From NCBI GenBank assembly GCA_018400135.1, contig JAGYNC010000001.1, positions 1-48,012 of the forward strand: a stretch of 48,012 nucleotides of DNA, written 5' to 3'. Below are positions 8,367 to 17,324 of this stretch, in pieces. The notes under the pieces are model-generated. The model saw nothing but the letters and a program-made list of their open reading frames with translations. It was not told the origin of the DNA and made no database searches. This DNA is from Victivallaceae bacterium (GTDB lineage: Bacteria > Verrucomicrobiota > Lentisphaeria > Victivallales > Victivallaceae). The number at the start of each line of letters is the position of its first letter. Within the stretch, counting starts at the first letter, position 1. Both the position numbers and the translations under genes were made by a program.

Positions 8367-8470
8367 GTAATGCCTCACTCTTTCCTTTGGTTCGGGGTCA
8401 ATACTACACAGCCTCGTCGTTACTCCTCGGGTGTCGTAGCCTCGACCCCACCCAAAGAGTGAGGTATTAC
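8367..8470 (+). repeat. Family-A MITE-like hairpin repeat, copy A1 (intact)
   Basis: GTAATGCCTCACTCTTT...AAAGAGTGAGGTATTAC forms a 17-bp terminal inverted repeat. The 8-bp flanks are GGGGGCGT and AGGGGTGT (6/8 identical). Confidence 0.8.
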
Positions 8471-8543
8471 AGGGGTGTTAGTTTTTTTGAAATGAGGCGT
8501 TACTCATAAAACAACGGAACGTGCCGCTTGCGGCAACCGTAGC

Positions 8544-8599
8544 TTGCGCTCTCCGAGCGCAAATAGCAATGCCCCGCTTTATGCGTTCGGAGAACGCAT
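8544..8599. repeat. Two adjacent 8-bp-stem hairpins (TTGCGCTC-TCC-GAGCGCAA and ATGCGTTC-GGA-GAACGCAT)
   Basis: Read directly from the sequence. They lie downstream of the pgsA stop on the minus strand, and neither has a U-tract. Confidence 0.6.
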
Positions 8600-8624
8600 G
8601 CTACTTCGCAAGGCAAGGGTAATA

Positions 8625-9206
8625 TCAGTCGAGCAGGAGTCGGCGATATTTGATAAAATAACTCAATCCGGAAAGGACGGTAATAACCGCAGTTAATAAT
8701 AAGAAAGCTTGCCAGCCGGAGTTCAGCACGATTTTCCCGTCGTCGATTTGGTGTTGCAGCGAAAAGATTTGCACCCATGCCGCCCCTGCAATCAAAAGCA
8801 TAATCATCTGCAAGAAAGTTTTTGCTTTACCCCAGCGATCGGCGGCGATGACTTCGCCTTTCTGAGAAGCTACCATCCGCAGACCGGTTACCAGGAATTC
8901 GCGGGCAATGATGACTACTGCGATCCACGCTGGCATAAGTCGAAATTCTATCATCATCAGCATTGCGGCAACTACAAAAATTTTGTCAGCCAAAGGATCC
9001 AATAATGCGCCGATATCGGTTTCCTGATGCCATTTGCGGGCAAGATAACCGTCGAGCAGATCGGTAAACCCGGCAACAATCGCCAGAATATAGGCAACGA
9101 TCCGCATGGTTAACACAGAACCTTCGGGGATGCCGTGGGAATTGGATGCCAATATCAGGAAGATAAAAATTATGACGATTCTGGCAGTCGTCAGTATATT
9201 AGGCAT
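8625..9206 (-). CDS. pgsA: CDP-diacylglycerol--glycerol-3-phosphate 3-phosphatidyltransferase
   Basis: CDP-alcohol phosphatidyltransferase motif DLLDGYLARKW...GALLDPLADK. The start at MPNILTTARI (9206) gives the usual ~193 aa; the longest ORF extends to 9329. Confidence 0.85.
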   Translation of the reverse strand: MPNILTTARIVIIFIFLILASNSHGIPEGSVLTMRIVAYILAIVAGFTDLLDGYLARKWHQETDIGALLDPLADKIFVVAAMLMMIEFRLMPAWIAVVIIAREFLVTGLRMVASQKGEVIAADRWGKAKTFLQMIMLLIAGAAWVQIFSLQHQIDDGKIVLNSGWQAFLLLTAVITVLSGLSYFIKYRRLLLD

Positions 9207-9386
9207 ATTAATTTTCACTAATGACACTCCGTAGGGGTTATTGCAGTTTTGGACACTAAAACAGCTTGTCTGAAATATACTCTGTTGATCCGGGTTTTCA
9301 ACTTGAGCTAAAAGAGAAAAATTCGACATGCATAAGTATATTTTAGGTTTCTATTGAATTTAAGACTCGCTTTTAATGACCGGCAA

Positions 9387-10781
9387 TCAGCGTCGTTTAA
9401 CTATTTTCGAGCGACGTTTCGCGACTGGTAATTTAGCGATTAAGTCGTAGGCATTAGCATCAGTAACTTCTACCTGACGGATATCTCCGGGGCGAATGTT
9501 GGTTCGCCCCTTGATTACGACGGAGTTGTCTATTTCCGGTGCATCCATAATTGAACGACCGACGGCTCCGTCGGGTCTGCACACGTCAAAAATCACTTCC
9601 AGGTTACGCCCGATCAAAAGTCGATTATTGCGCAGAGAAATTTCGGCCTGAATATTCATTAATTCAGCAGCGCGTTGTTCGCCAACGGCGTGAGGGATTG
9701 AAAAGGGTAGTTTCGATGCCGGAGCATCAGGTTCAGAAAAAAAACTGAATACGCCGAATCGCTGAAACTCATGTTCCTGAACAAAACTTTTCAACTCTTC
9801 AAAATCACGCTCTGTTTCACCCGGGAAGCCGGTTATAAAAGTAGTTCTTAAGGCGAGGTTTGGGATTGTTTTGCGCAATTGTTCCAGCAGGGCAATTATG
9901 CCATCTCGTGAAATTTTGCGCCCCATTGCTTGAAGAATACGGTCGGAAATATGTTGCAATGGAAGATCAATATATGGCAAAACATGTTTTGCGTTGGCAA
10001 TGGTTTCAATCAATTCATCGCTGAAATGAGCAGGGTGGGTGTACATCAAACGCAACCAATATTTTGTGTCAAACTGGTCGAGTTCACGCAAAAGTCCGGC
10101 AAGATTTCCCTGTCCATTGTTATCCATTCCGAATGCGGTAATGTCCTGACCGATAAGTACCAGCTCCCGAACCCCGTTTTGCAGCAGTCCGGCGGCTTCA
10201 GCAACTACAGACTTTATTGAGCGGCTACGCAAGCCTCCCCTGATGGAGGGAATTAGACAATAAGAACAACGATTATCACATCCTTCAGTAATTTTCAGGT
10301 AAGCCAGATGCGGCAATGTCAGTTGCAGCCGGGGCATCCGGTCATCGTAAATAAAAGCAGGATCATTTTGGCGCATAAAAATGTTGGTTGCCGGGGCGGC
10401 GGTGAGCACCTGTTGGAGATATTCGGCCACGCGTGTAACCTGATCAATACCGAGCCATAAATCTATTTCGGGGTATTCCCTTCTGAACGCCTCGTCTTTA
10501 TCCCACTGCACCAGGCAACCGGTGACAATGATTTTACGTTCATCAACGCGCTCATTTTTCCAGTAAATAGCCTCTTCAACGAAGTCTTTGGCCTCGTCCC
10601 TGGCTGGTGGAATAAAAGCACAGGTATTAATTAAAAAGACATTTGCTTCGTCAGGGGAAAAAGTAATCCCCCAACCATTACTAATCAGATTCCCTGACAT
10701 TAACTCGGTATCAACCAGATTTTTAGGACAACCAAGGCTGACAATGTACACGACTCCATTTAGCGTACGATCTTTTCCCAT
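9387..10781 (-). CDS. rimO: Ribosomal protein S12 methylthiotransferase (radical SAM MTTase)
   Basis: N-terminal SLGCPKNLVDTE, radical SAM motif CDNRCSYCLIP, and a C-terminal TRAM-like region. Confidence 0.85.
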   Translation of the reverse strand: MGKDRTLNGVVYIVSLGCPKNLVDTELMSGNLISNGWGITFSPDEANVFLINTCAFIPPARDEAKDFVEEAIYWKNERVDERKIIVTGCLVQWDKDEAFRREYPEIDLWLGIDQVTRVAEYLQQVLTAAPATNIFMRQNDPAFIYDDRMPRLQLTLPHLAYLKITEGCDNRCSYCLIPSIRGGLRSRSIKSVVAEAAGLLQNGVRELVLIGQDITAFGMDNNGQGNLAGLLRELDQFDTKYWLRLMYTHPAHFSDELIETIANAKHVLPYIDLPLQHISDRILQAMGRKISRDGIIALLEQLRKTIPNLALRTTFITGFPGETERDFEELKSFVQEHEFQRFGVFSFFSEPDAPASKLPFSIPHAVGEQRAAELMNIQAEISLRNNRLLIGRNLEVIFDVCRPDGAVGRSIMDAPEIDNSVVIKGRTNIRPGDIRQVEVTDANAYDLIAKLPVAKRRSKIVKRR

Positions 10782-10802
10782 GCAGCACCATTTCCTTTGA
10801 AT

Positions 10803-11660
10803 TTATAGGTTATCAGGCAGGGTGATTTTAGAAAAAATTTCGTTTGCAATGTTACGGGAGGTGGCGATAACGGCATAACCACGTAGTTTCCATCTATTCT
10901 GACTACCTGGTGAAAGTTCGTAAAGTTTCTCTGAAATAAGAGAAGTCAATTCATTGCCGTCGCCGGTAACCGCGCTGAAGCCAAGTCGTTCCATAATCGC
11001 AAGCGATGCGGCGATATCCCATAGAGATACCGCAGCCACATAGGCCATGATTTTGCCTGTGAACATGAAATAAAATGAGGCGACGCATCCTCCCAAAGAG
11101 AAAACTGGTCCTGGAATGGACACGCGGCCGTATTTTGCGTGTTGTTGCGAAATACTGACAGCTCCGACGAGATTGCGATGCGATGAACATTTTGCCATTA
11201 GTTCGCATTTGCCGCCGCTGGAAAAATTTCTGACGCGATAGGCGTTGGCTCCTGAGGTATAAAATAATTCATCCTGAGGCGGCAGATAAATAGCGCCTTC
11301 AATAATACGCCCATCTTTTGCCAAGGCTACTGAAATACCCCAGGCGGGAATCCCTGTTACGAATGGGGCGGTACCGTCGATTGGATCGATAATCCAGCAG
11401 ACTCCTTTTAGGGCACGCTGAATGTAATCTTCAGAGCGGCTATCGAGGGTTTCTTCTCCGATAAGATAAACTCCTGCTTCCGGGTGATCGAAGCGCCTGG
11501 CCAGCAGGTTCTCAATGCCGGTATCGGCCGGAGTAACAACACTGTGATCAGCTTTGAGTTTAATACTTGGGTCGACATAGTGCTGCATTGAGAGTTTTCC
11601 GCATTCCCGCAGCAATTGCTTGATTTCTGCAATATTCCAATCGTTGATGACAATAGACAT
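10803..11660 (-). CDS. Inositol monophosphatase family protein (SuhB-like)
   Basis: Motifs YLIGEE and WIIDPIDGT are characteristic of the IMPase/FBPase family. Confidence 0.8.
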   Translation of the reverse strand: MSIVINDWNIAEIKQLLRECGKLSMQHYVDPSIKLKADHSVVTPADTGIENLLARRFDHPEAGVYLIGEETLDSRSEDYIQRALKGVCWIIDPIDGTAPFVTGIPAWGISVALAKDGRIIEGAIYLPPQDELFYTSGANAYRVRNFSSGGKCELMAKCSSHRNLVGAVSISQQHAKYGRVSIPGPVFSLGGCVASFYFMFTGKIMAYVAAVSLWDIAASLAIMERLGFSAVTGDGNELTSLISEKLYELSPGSQNRWKLRGYAVIATSRNIANEIFSKITLPDNL

Positions 11661-11762
11661 AACAACCTCTTTACGAACTTAATGTAAAATATAAGATAAT
11701 ATATCTGGTTATTATTTTTTCAAGGATTTACACAATTTTTATGAAAGTTGAATTCAACAGCA

Positions 11763-11832
11763 GTAACGCCTCACTCTTTTTCTACTGGCTGCCCGCTTTC
11801 GTCGCCGTTCTCCTCAGACGATATGATAACAT
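11763..11832 (+). repeat. Family-B repeat, copy B1 (5' half only; 3' terminus lost)
   Basis: GTAACGCCTCACTCTTTTTCTACTGGCTGCCCGCTTTCGTCGCCGTTCTCCTCAGACGATATGATA aligns with 36399-36470. Confidence 0.7.
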
Positions 11833-11833
11833 A

Positions 11834-12457
11834 TTAACTGGTCGAAACAGTATCACGGAGTGCCAACGCTATTTCTGATTCGGTGATCGGTCCGGGACGA
11901 AGTATGATAAATCCGTTATTGTCAACCTTGACTACGGTCGAAGCCAAATTACCCAGTGGTATAATCCCGGCATCAATCGCCAAATCAGGGGATGTGTGTA
12001 ATTCCGCCAGAGCTTCCTCTACAGTCAGTGCGTTAGCTGCTCCAGAACGGTTGGCGCTGGTGGATGCCAACGGGAAGCCCCCATGCTTCAACAACTTGAG
12101 CATAAAAGGATGATCGGGAATGCGAAACCCAACTGTACCGTTATCTGTCCCCGGAATCACCAGAGTCAGTGGGCCGGGGCAAAACGCGTCAATCAACTGC
12201 CTGGCTGTAGATTTTACAACCACACCAGCACGTTCGACCATATTGACAGAAGCGGCAAACATCGCCAACGGCTTATTCTGGTGACGTCCTTTCATCTCGT
12301 AGATTCGCTGGATCGCCGCCTGGTCTTCCCACCGGCAGAACAAGCCGTAAACCGTTTCAGTGGGTAATAAAGCAACCGCGCCGGGTGCTTTAAAAATATT
12401 CAGCGTTGCAGCGACAAGTTCCGCCGCATTGTTGTTCCGTAGCTGGTAACTTTCCAT
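11834..12457 (-). CDS. tsaC: L-threonylcarbamoyladenylate synthase (Sua5/YwlC/TsaC family)
   Basis: LLPTETVYGL motif and TsaC-like fold length. The start was moved to MESYQL (12457) because the 48 upstream codons of the longest ORF translate repeat copy A2. Confidence 0.8.
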   Translation of the reverse strand: MESYQLRNNNAAELVAATLNIFKAPGAVALLPTETVYGLFCRWEDQAAIQRIYEMKGRHQNKPLAMFAASVNMVERAGVVVKSTARQLIDAFCPGPLTLVIPGTDNGTVGFRIPDHPFMLKLLKHGGFPLASTSANRSGAANALTVEEALAELHTSPDLAIDAGIIPLGNLASTVVKVDNNGFIILRPGPITESEIALALRDTVSTS

Positions 12458-12481
12458 AAGCGTTAATTCATATAATTTCCG

Positions 12482-12575
12482 GCAATGCCTCACTCTTTCC
12501 CTTTGGTTCGGGGTCAATACTACACAGCCTCGTCGTTCCTCCTCGGGTGTCGTAGCCTCAACCTCGCCCCAATAG
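12482..12575 (+). repeat. Family-A repeat, copy A2 (3' terminus degenerate)
   Basis: GCAATGCCTCACTCTTTCCCTTTGGTTCGGGGTCAATACTACACAGCCTCGTCGTTCCTCCTCGGGTGTCGTAGCCTC, after which it diverges. Confidence 0.75.
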
Positions 12576-12641
12576 CGTGGCCGTCTGCTGCGTCTACGCA
12601 CTCAACGTGGTTCACGCGAAGTGTTACTACTGGCTCAACAA

Positions 12642-14378
12642 TCACCAGTTCTTTCTCGGAGTATAGTGGGTGTGCAGCAATTCATGTGCTTTTTTGCTGC
12701 CCGGCTTATCCAGATATTCATCATACAATTTGATAACATCAGGATTCTGATGCGATTTGCGCAACGACAATCCGCTGTCCGCTTTATAGATGGCTTCTTT
12801 GCGTTTTTCGAGAATTTTGGTATCCCCATGAATATAAGGCTGACCGCCGCCGTTCAGACAACCGCCGGGACAGGCCATAATCTCGATAGCATGATACTGC
12901 GCCTTCCCGGACTTGATGCGGTCAAGCAATTTACGGGCATTGCCAAGACCGGAAGCTATTGCCACTTTTACATCCGTACCAGCAACTTTGACAGTGGTAT
13001 CTCTGATACCGGACAGGCCGCGCACTTCCTCAAAGTCAAACTCTTTCAGGTCCTCTCCAGAAAGCCAGTCAGCAGCAGTACGCAGCGCGGCTTCAAGAAC
13101 GCCGCCGGAAGCCCCAAAAATAACACCGGCGCCAGTGGATTCACCCAGCGGACTATCGAATTGCTGTTCTTCCAGCTTGTTGATATGGATACCAGCTTCC
13201 TTGAACATGTCGGCCAATTCCCGCGTGGAAATCACAATATCCACATCCGGCACACCGTCGCGGGTAAATTCACTACGTGATGCTTCATACTTTTTAGCCA
13301 GACACGGCATAACAGAAACAACCACAATGTCTTCCGGCTTCAAACCCATTTTTTCGGCATAGTATGATTTGGCCACAGCACCGAACATTTGTTGCGGCGA
13401 CTTAGCGCTTGACGGCATATAGATCAGCTCCGGGAACTGGTGTTCAAGAAACTTCACCCAGCCGGGGCAGCACGAAGTCAGAATCGGCAGATTCTCATTT
13501 TTCTTCAAGCGATCAATAAATTCGGTGGTTTCTTCCATAATAGTCAAATCGGCGGCAAAGTCGGTATCGAATACTTTGTCGAACCCAAGCAATTTTAACC
13601 CGGCAACCAGTTTGCCGGTAGCAATCTCTCCCGGTGCCATACCAAACTCTTCGCCAATAGCCACACGTACCGCAGGTGCCGTCTGAACAACGACATGCTT
13701 TTTCTCGTTATTCAGCGCTCGCCAGACGTTGTACTTATAGTTCTGTTCGGTTAAAGCGCCCACCGGACAAGCGGCCACACACTGACCGCAGAAAACACAT
13801 TTAGTTTCGCTCAACGGGCGAAGACCGGGAGTCCCTACTACCGCCTCAAATCCTCTGCCGACACCGGAGAGAATTCCGACCGTCTGAACATTATTGCAGG
13901 CGTTTTCGCAGCGACGACACATGATACATTTGTCTAAATCCCGGACAATGGCGTTACAGGCGAGATCAATGTCATATTTGGATTGTCTGCCTTCATAAAG
14001 CAAATGGTGTAAATCCATTTCGCTGGCTAACCGCTGCAATTCGCAGTTGCCGTTCTTTTCGCAGGTAAGACAATCTTTTGGATGATCCGAAAGAATCAGA
14101 TCCAACATTGTTCGCCTGGCGTTAATTGCCCGGAGAGTACTGGTTTTTACTACCATTCCTTCATTTACCGGAGTACAACATGCTGGTGCCAGATTGTTAC
14201 GTCCCTCGACTTCAACAACGCATATCCGGCATGACCCCATCCGGTTCTCAATTGTGAAGCAATCCAATTCAAGATGGCACAACGTCGGAATACGAATGCC
14301 GATTTTATCAGCTGCCTGGAGTATGGTTGACCCCTTTTTCACCCGAACCGGCAGATTATTAATGCTAAGATTAATCAT
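12642..14378 (-). CDS. hydA: [FeFe]-hydrogenase catalytic subunit (group A3, HydA-type)
   Basis: H-cluster motifs TSCCPGW, MPCLAKKYE and EIMACPGGCLNGGGQP, plus an N-terminal 2Fe-2S and multiple 4Fe-4S Cys clusters. Confidence 0.92.
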   Translation of the reverse strand: MINLSINNLPVRVKKGSTILQAADKIGIRIPTLCHLELDCFTIENRMGSCRICVVEVEGRNNLAPACCTPVNEGMVVKTSTLRAINARRTMLDLILSDHPKDCLTCEKNGNCELQRLASEMDLHHLLYEGRQSKYDIDLACNAIVRDLDKCIMCRRCENACNNVQTVGILSGVGRGFEAVVGTPGLRPLSETKCVFCGQCVAACPVGALTEQNYKYNVWRALNNEKKHVVVQTAPAVRVAIGEEFGMAPGEIATGKLVAGLKLLGFDKVFDTDFAADLTIMEETTEFIDRLKKNENLPILTSCCPGWVKFLEHQFPELIYMPSSAKSPQQMFGAVAKSYYAEKMGLKPEDIVVVSVMPCLAKKYEASRSEFTRDGVPDVDIVISTRELADMFKEAGIHINKLEEQQFDSPLGESTGAGVIFGASGGVLEAALRTAADWLSGEDLKEFDFEEVRGLSGIRDTTVKVAGTDVKVAIASGLGNARKLLDRIKSGKAQYHAIEIMACPGGCLNGGGQPYIHGDTKILEKRKEAIYKADSGLSLRKSHQNPDVIKLYDEYLDKPGSKKAHELLHTHYTPRKNW

Positions 14379-14396
14379 GAGAAGAAAGTCTCCTTG

Positions 14397-16235
14397 TTAA
14401 ATTCTGTCAATAGCGTGGAATTTGCAAGTGTTATAACACACGCCGCACTTGATGCATTTGTCCTGATCAATAACGTGCTGTTCCTTGCGTTCTCCGGCAA
14501 TGCACTGTACCGGACAGTTTCTCGCGCACAGTGTACACCCAACGCACTGATCATTGATAACATAGCTGATCAGTTTGGTACAAACACCGGCCAGACAGCG
14601 TTTATCCTTGACGTGAGACTGGTATTCATCAGCAAAATTGCTAAGCGTTGACAACACCGGATTAGGTGAAGTCTGACCCAAACCGCACAACGCGGTATCT
14701 TTGATGGTGAGCGCCAGTGTCTTAAGTTTTGTCAGGGTTTCTTCGGTGCCGTTGCCTTCACAAATCTGCTCAAGCATTTCAAATAATCGGGTATTGCCGA
14801 TCCGGCACGGAGTGCACTTCCCGCAAGATTCGTCAAGTGTAAATTCCAGGAAAAATTTGGCGATATTCACCATGCAATCATCCTCGTCCATAACAATCAT
14901 GCCGCCTGAACCCATCATTGACCCAAGCGCTTTCAGTGAATCATAATCAATCGGGGTGTCAAGTTGCGATGCGGGCAAAGCGCCGCCGGACGGACCGCCA
15001 GTTTGTACCGCTTTGAATTCCTTGTCATTGTAAATACCACCGCCAAGGTTGAAAATAATATCTCTTAACGCAGTGCCCATCGGCACTTCGATCAGTCCTA
15101 CGCGTTTGATTTTGCCAGCCAGGGCAAATACCTTGGTGCCGGGTGATTTTTCAGTGCCGATCCGACGAAACCAGGCTGCACCCAAACGGATAATTGCTGT
15201 AATATTGGCAAAAGTTTCAACGTTGTTGACAATTGTCGGTTTTCCCCAAAGACCTGAAATGGCGGGGTACGGCGGTTTGAACGTCGGTTCACCGCGCTTC
15301 CCCTCGATTGAATGAATCAGCGCTGTTTCTTCACCGCAGACAAAAGCGCCAGCGCCGTACTTAAGTTCAATATGAAAATCAAAGTCGCTACCAAGAATAT
15401 TTTTTCCCAGCAGCCCGGCATTTTCCGCCTGTTCGATAGCAATCCGCAGGCGTTTAATCGCCAGGGGATATTCAGCGCGGATATAGATGTATCCTTCATG
15501 TGCACCAATGGCATAACCAGCGATGGCCATGGCTTCAAGTACGGAATGCGGGTCTCCCTCCAGCACCGCGCGATCCATAAATGCTCCCGGGTCGCCTTCG
15601 TCTGCGTTGCAAATCAGGTATTTAACATCGGATTCCTGATTGGCAGCAAATTCCCACTTTTTACCAGTCGGAAATCCGCCTCCACCGCGGCCACGCAGAC
15701 CAGAGGCCAGAATCTCGTCAATAACCGCACGCGCGCTCATCTCTGTTAATACCTTGCCCAATGCCTGATAACCATTATTGGCGACGTAGTCATCAAGCCG
15801 TTCCGGATTAACACGGCCACTGTTGCGTAGCACTATCCGGGCCTGCAATTGTTGTTCTCCGGGCTCTTCCAGCTCAGGATAGTACCAGGTACGATTAACA
15901 GTGTCTACTCCGACAGCCGCGCCATCGAGGTTTTTAACAATAACCGGTGCATCACCAGGTTTAACATTGCCGTAAATAATTGATTTGCCAGTTTGGGTAT
16001 TTTCTATTTCAATGCTCGGTTCGCAGTAACACAATCCCATACAGCCGGTTTCAACCAATTTAACACTTGACTCAAGATTGCGTTCAGCGATTTCCTTTTG
16101 CAAAGCAGCAAGCACCGGGGTAGCGCCAGCGGCGATGCCACAGGTCCCCATCGACACCATCACTTTGATTGGCTGCTTGGTTGGGGCACGTAATTCACGC
16201 GCCCGTTGCGACAGTTTATCAATATTATCAAACAT
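14397..16235 (-). CDS. hydB: NuoF-like NAD(H)/FMN-binding subunit of a bifurcating hydrogenase (HydB)
   Basis: [20 protein letters not shown] motif and C-terminal 2x[4Fe-4S] ferredoxin CxxCxxCxxxCP motifs. The ATG at 16235 has RBS GAAGGAAGG; the track start at 16253 is a TTG. Confidence 0.9.
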   Translation of the reverse strand: MFDNIDKLSQRARELRAPTKQPIKVMVSMGTCGIAAGATPVLAALQKEIAERNLESSVKLVETGCMGLCYCEPSIEIENTQTGKSIIYGNVKPGDAPVIVKNLDGAAVGVDTVNRTWYYPELEEPGEQQLQARIVLRNSGRVNPERLDDYVANNGYQALGKVLTEMSARAVIDEILASGLRGRGGGGFPTGKKWEFAANQESDVKYLICNADEGDPGAFMDRAVLEGDPHSVLEAMAIAGYAIGAHEGYIYIRAEYPLAIKRLRIAIEQAENAGLLGKNILGSDFDFHIELKYGAGAFVCGEETALIHSIEGKRGEPTFKPPYPAISGLWGKPTIVNNVETFANITAIIRLGAAWFRRIGTEKSPGTKVFALAGKIKRVGLIEVPMGTALRDIIFNLGGGIYNDKEFKAVQTGGPSGGALPASQLDTPIDYDSLKALGSMMGSGGMIVMDEDDCMVNIAKFFLEFTLDESCGKCTPCRIGNTRLFEMLEQICEGNGTEETLTKLKTLALTIKDTALCGLGQTSPNPVLSTLSNFADEYQSHVKDKRCLAGVCTKLISYVINDQCVGCTLCARNCPVQCIAGERKEQHVIDQDKCIKCGVCYNTCKFHAIDRI

Positions 16236-16253
16236 GATTATTCCTTCCTTCAA

Positions 16254-16790
16254 CTATGCGCATTCGTTAATGATATCCGGCACCATCTTCGCAGTCACTT
16301 TGCCGTACACCTTGTCATTGACCATTACCACCGGAGCCAGGCTGCATGCCCCCACACATCTCAATGAGTTGAGTGAAAACTTCCGATCTGCGGAAGTTTC
16401 CCCCACTTCAAGATTCAGATAACGCTTGAACTCATCCAATACTGCTCCGGCTCCCTTGACAAAACACGCGGTGCCGGTACAGACATGAATTTTGTACTTA
16501 CCAACCGGTTTATCGGTAAAATAGGAATAAAAACTTATAACACCATAAACTTCCGAAAGATGAAGTTTGAGTTTGTCGGCCACAAACAATTGAACACACA
16601 GCGGCAGATAACCGAATATGTCTTGCGCCTTATGCAAACTTTGTATAAGTAATCCGCGATTTTTCTCGCGATTGTTACCAATGTCCAAAGATTGAATGTA
16701 CTCTTCGAGTTTTTTGCGCTTATCAGGAAACTCTTCAATCAGATTCAGTTCCTGCGGCTTCTGTTCGTCACAATGACATGACATGACCAC
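16254..16790 (-). CDS. hydC: NuoE-like 2Fe-2S thioredoxin-fold subunit (HydC)
   Basis: NuoE-type pattern CTGTACFVKG...CVGACSLAPV, and it is the first gene of the hydCBA operon. Confidence 0.88.
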   Translation of the reverse strand: MVMSCHCDEQKPQELNLIEEFPDKRKKLEEYIQSLDIGNNREKNRGLLIQSLHKAQDIFGYLPLCVQLFVADKLKLHLSEVYGVISFYSYFTDKPVGKYKIHVCTGTACFVKGAGAVLDEFKRYLNLEVGETSADRKFSLNSLRCVGACSLAPVVMVNDKVYGKVTAKMVPDIINECA

Positions 16791-16912
16791 TCTTGCTCCC
16801 TAGTTGTAATATTAAATACCTAAACGGTGGACTATTGTGGAAAACAGTTAATTTAATACTTTTTTATTAATTACCAAATTTTAAGGCGCTTTTTATTGAA
16901 GAAACTCAAATC

Positions 16913-17009
16913 GTAATCCTTTGGGTGGGGGCGAAGCTACGACACTCGAGGAGAAACGACGAGGCTGTGTAGTATTGACCCCGAACCAAAGAAAAGAGTG
17001 AGGCTTTAC
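16913..17009 (-). repeat. Family-A repeat, copy A3 (inverted orientation; 8-nt deletion in one terminus)
   Basis: GTAATCCTTTGGGTGGGGGCGAAGCTACGACACTCGAGGAGAAACGACGAGGCTGTGTAGTATTGACCCCGAACCAAAGAAAAGAGTGAGGCTTTAC is the reverse complement of the A consensus. Confidence 0.8.
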
Positions 17010-17094
17010 TGAGCGATTACCAAATCTCTGATAACTTAAGAAAAAAGTTGATTTATTTTAATAGTTATGTTATAATTATGGAATATTCGAAAAG

Positions 17095-17120
17095 TTCTAA
17101 AAACTCGAAACCTTTTCGAG
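17095..17120 (-). terminator. Candidate intrinsic terminator on the minus strand (CTCGAAA-AGG-TTTCGAG followed by TTTTTAGAACTTTT)
   Basis: A 7-bp AT-rich stem followed by a T-run when read on the minus strand, immediately downstream of the GC-rich block at 17130-17295. Confidence 0.35.
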
Positions 17121-17324
17121 TATGGTTTAGTTGGCCCAGGAGATGATGAGTGATTAATGCGAGTCGTTGTCACCGTGGCGGCACCTGCCCGAACCGTCCC
17201 GGCGGCAGTCGGGGCCGAGCAATCGTAGTCGAACTGGCCGGGGGATCGGGACACCGGAAAAAGCTCGATCACGATCACGATTGCGATAACGAGGAAAACA
17301 AGAAATAGCGTATAAACTGAAAAT

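Noticed and set aside
8500-8778. A 92-aa minus-strand ORF overlapping the pgsA 3' end and the tandem hairpins.
   Set aside because: It overlaps pgsA out of frame and runs through the hairpin repeats, with no RBS. It is probably an artefact.
12621-13362. Long plus-strand ORFs (219 and 149 aa) antisense to hydA. Similar antisense ORFs occur at 29675-30292 (205 aa, opposite the aldehyde dehydrogenase), 41900-42331 (opposite glmM) and 37902-38333 (opposite the PfkB kinase).
   Set aside because: These are typical shadow ORFs opposite strongly supported genes. They have no motifs or RBS, and their amino-acid composition is skewed, rich in Ser, Arg and Ala.
16800-16912. A Rex-type operator upstream of the hydrogenase operon.
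   Set aside because: The best candidate, TTGTGGAAAACAGTTAA, deviates at several positions from TTGTGAA-N6-TTCACAA and lacks dyad symmetry.
17130-17295. The GC-rich block as a known riboswitch or housekeeping RNA (cobalamin, TPP, SAM, glycine, ZTP, c-di-GMP, fluoride, SRP, 6S or tmRNA).
   Set aside because: I found none of the diagnostic conserved cores, such as GCCACTG (B12 box), CTGAGA (TPP), CCGCCTGGGC (ZTP), CAGGTCCGGAAGGAAGCAGC (SRP) or a tRNA-like end, on either strand. It is kept only as an unassigned candidate.
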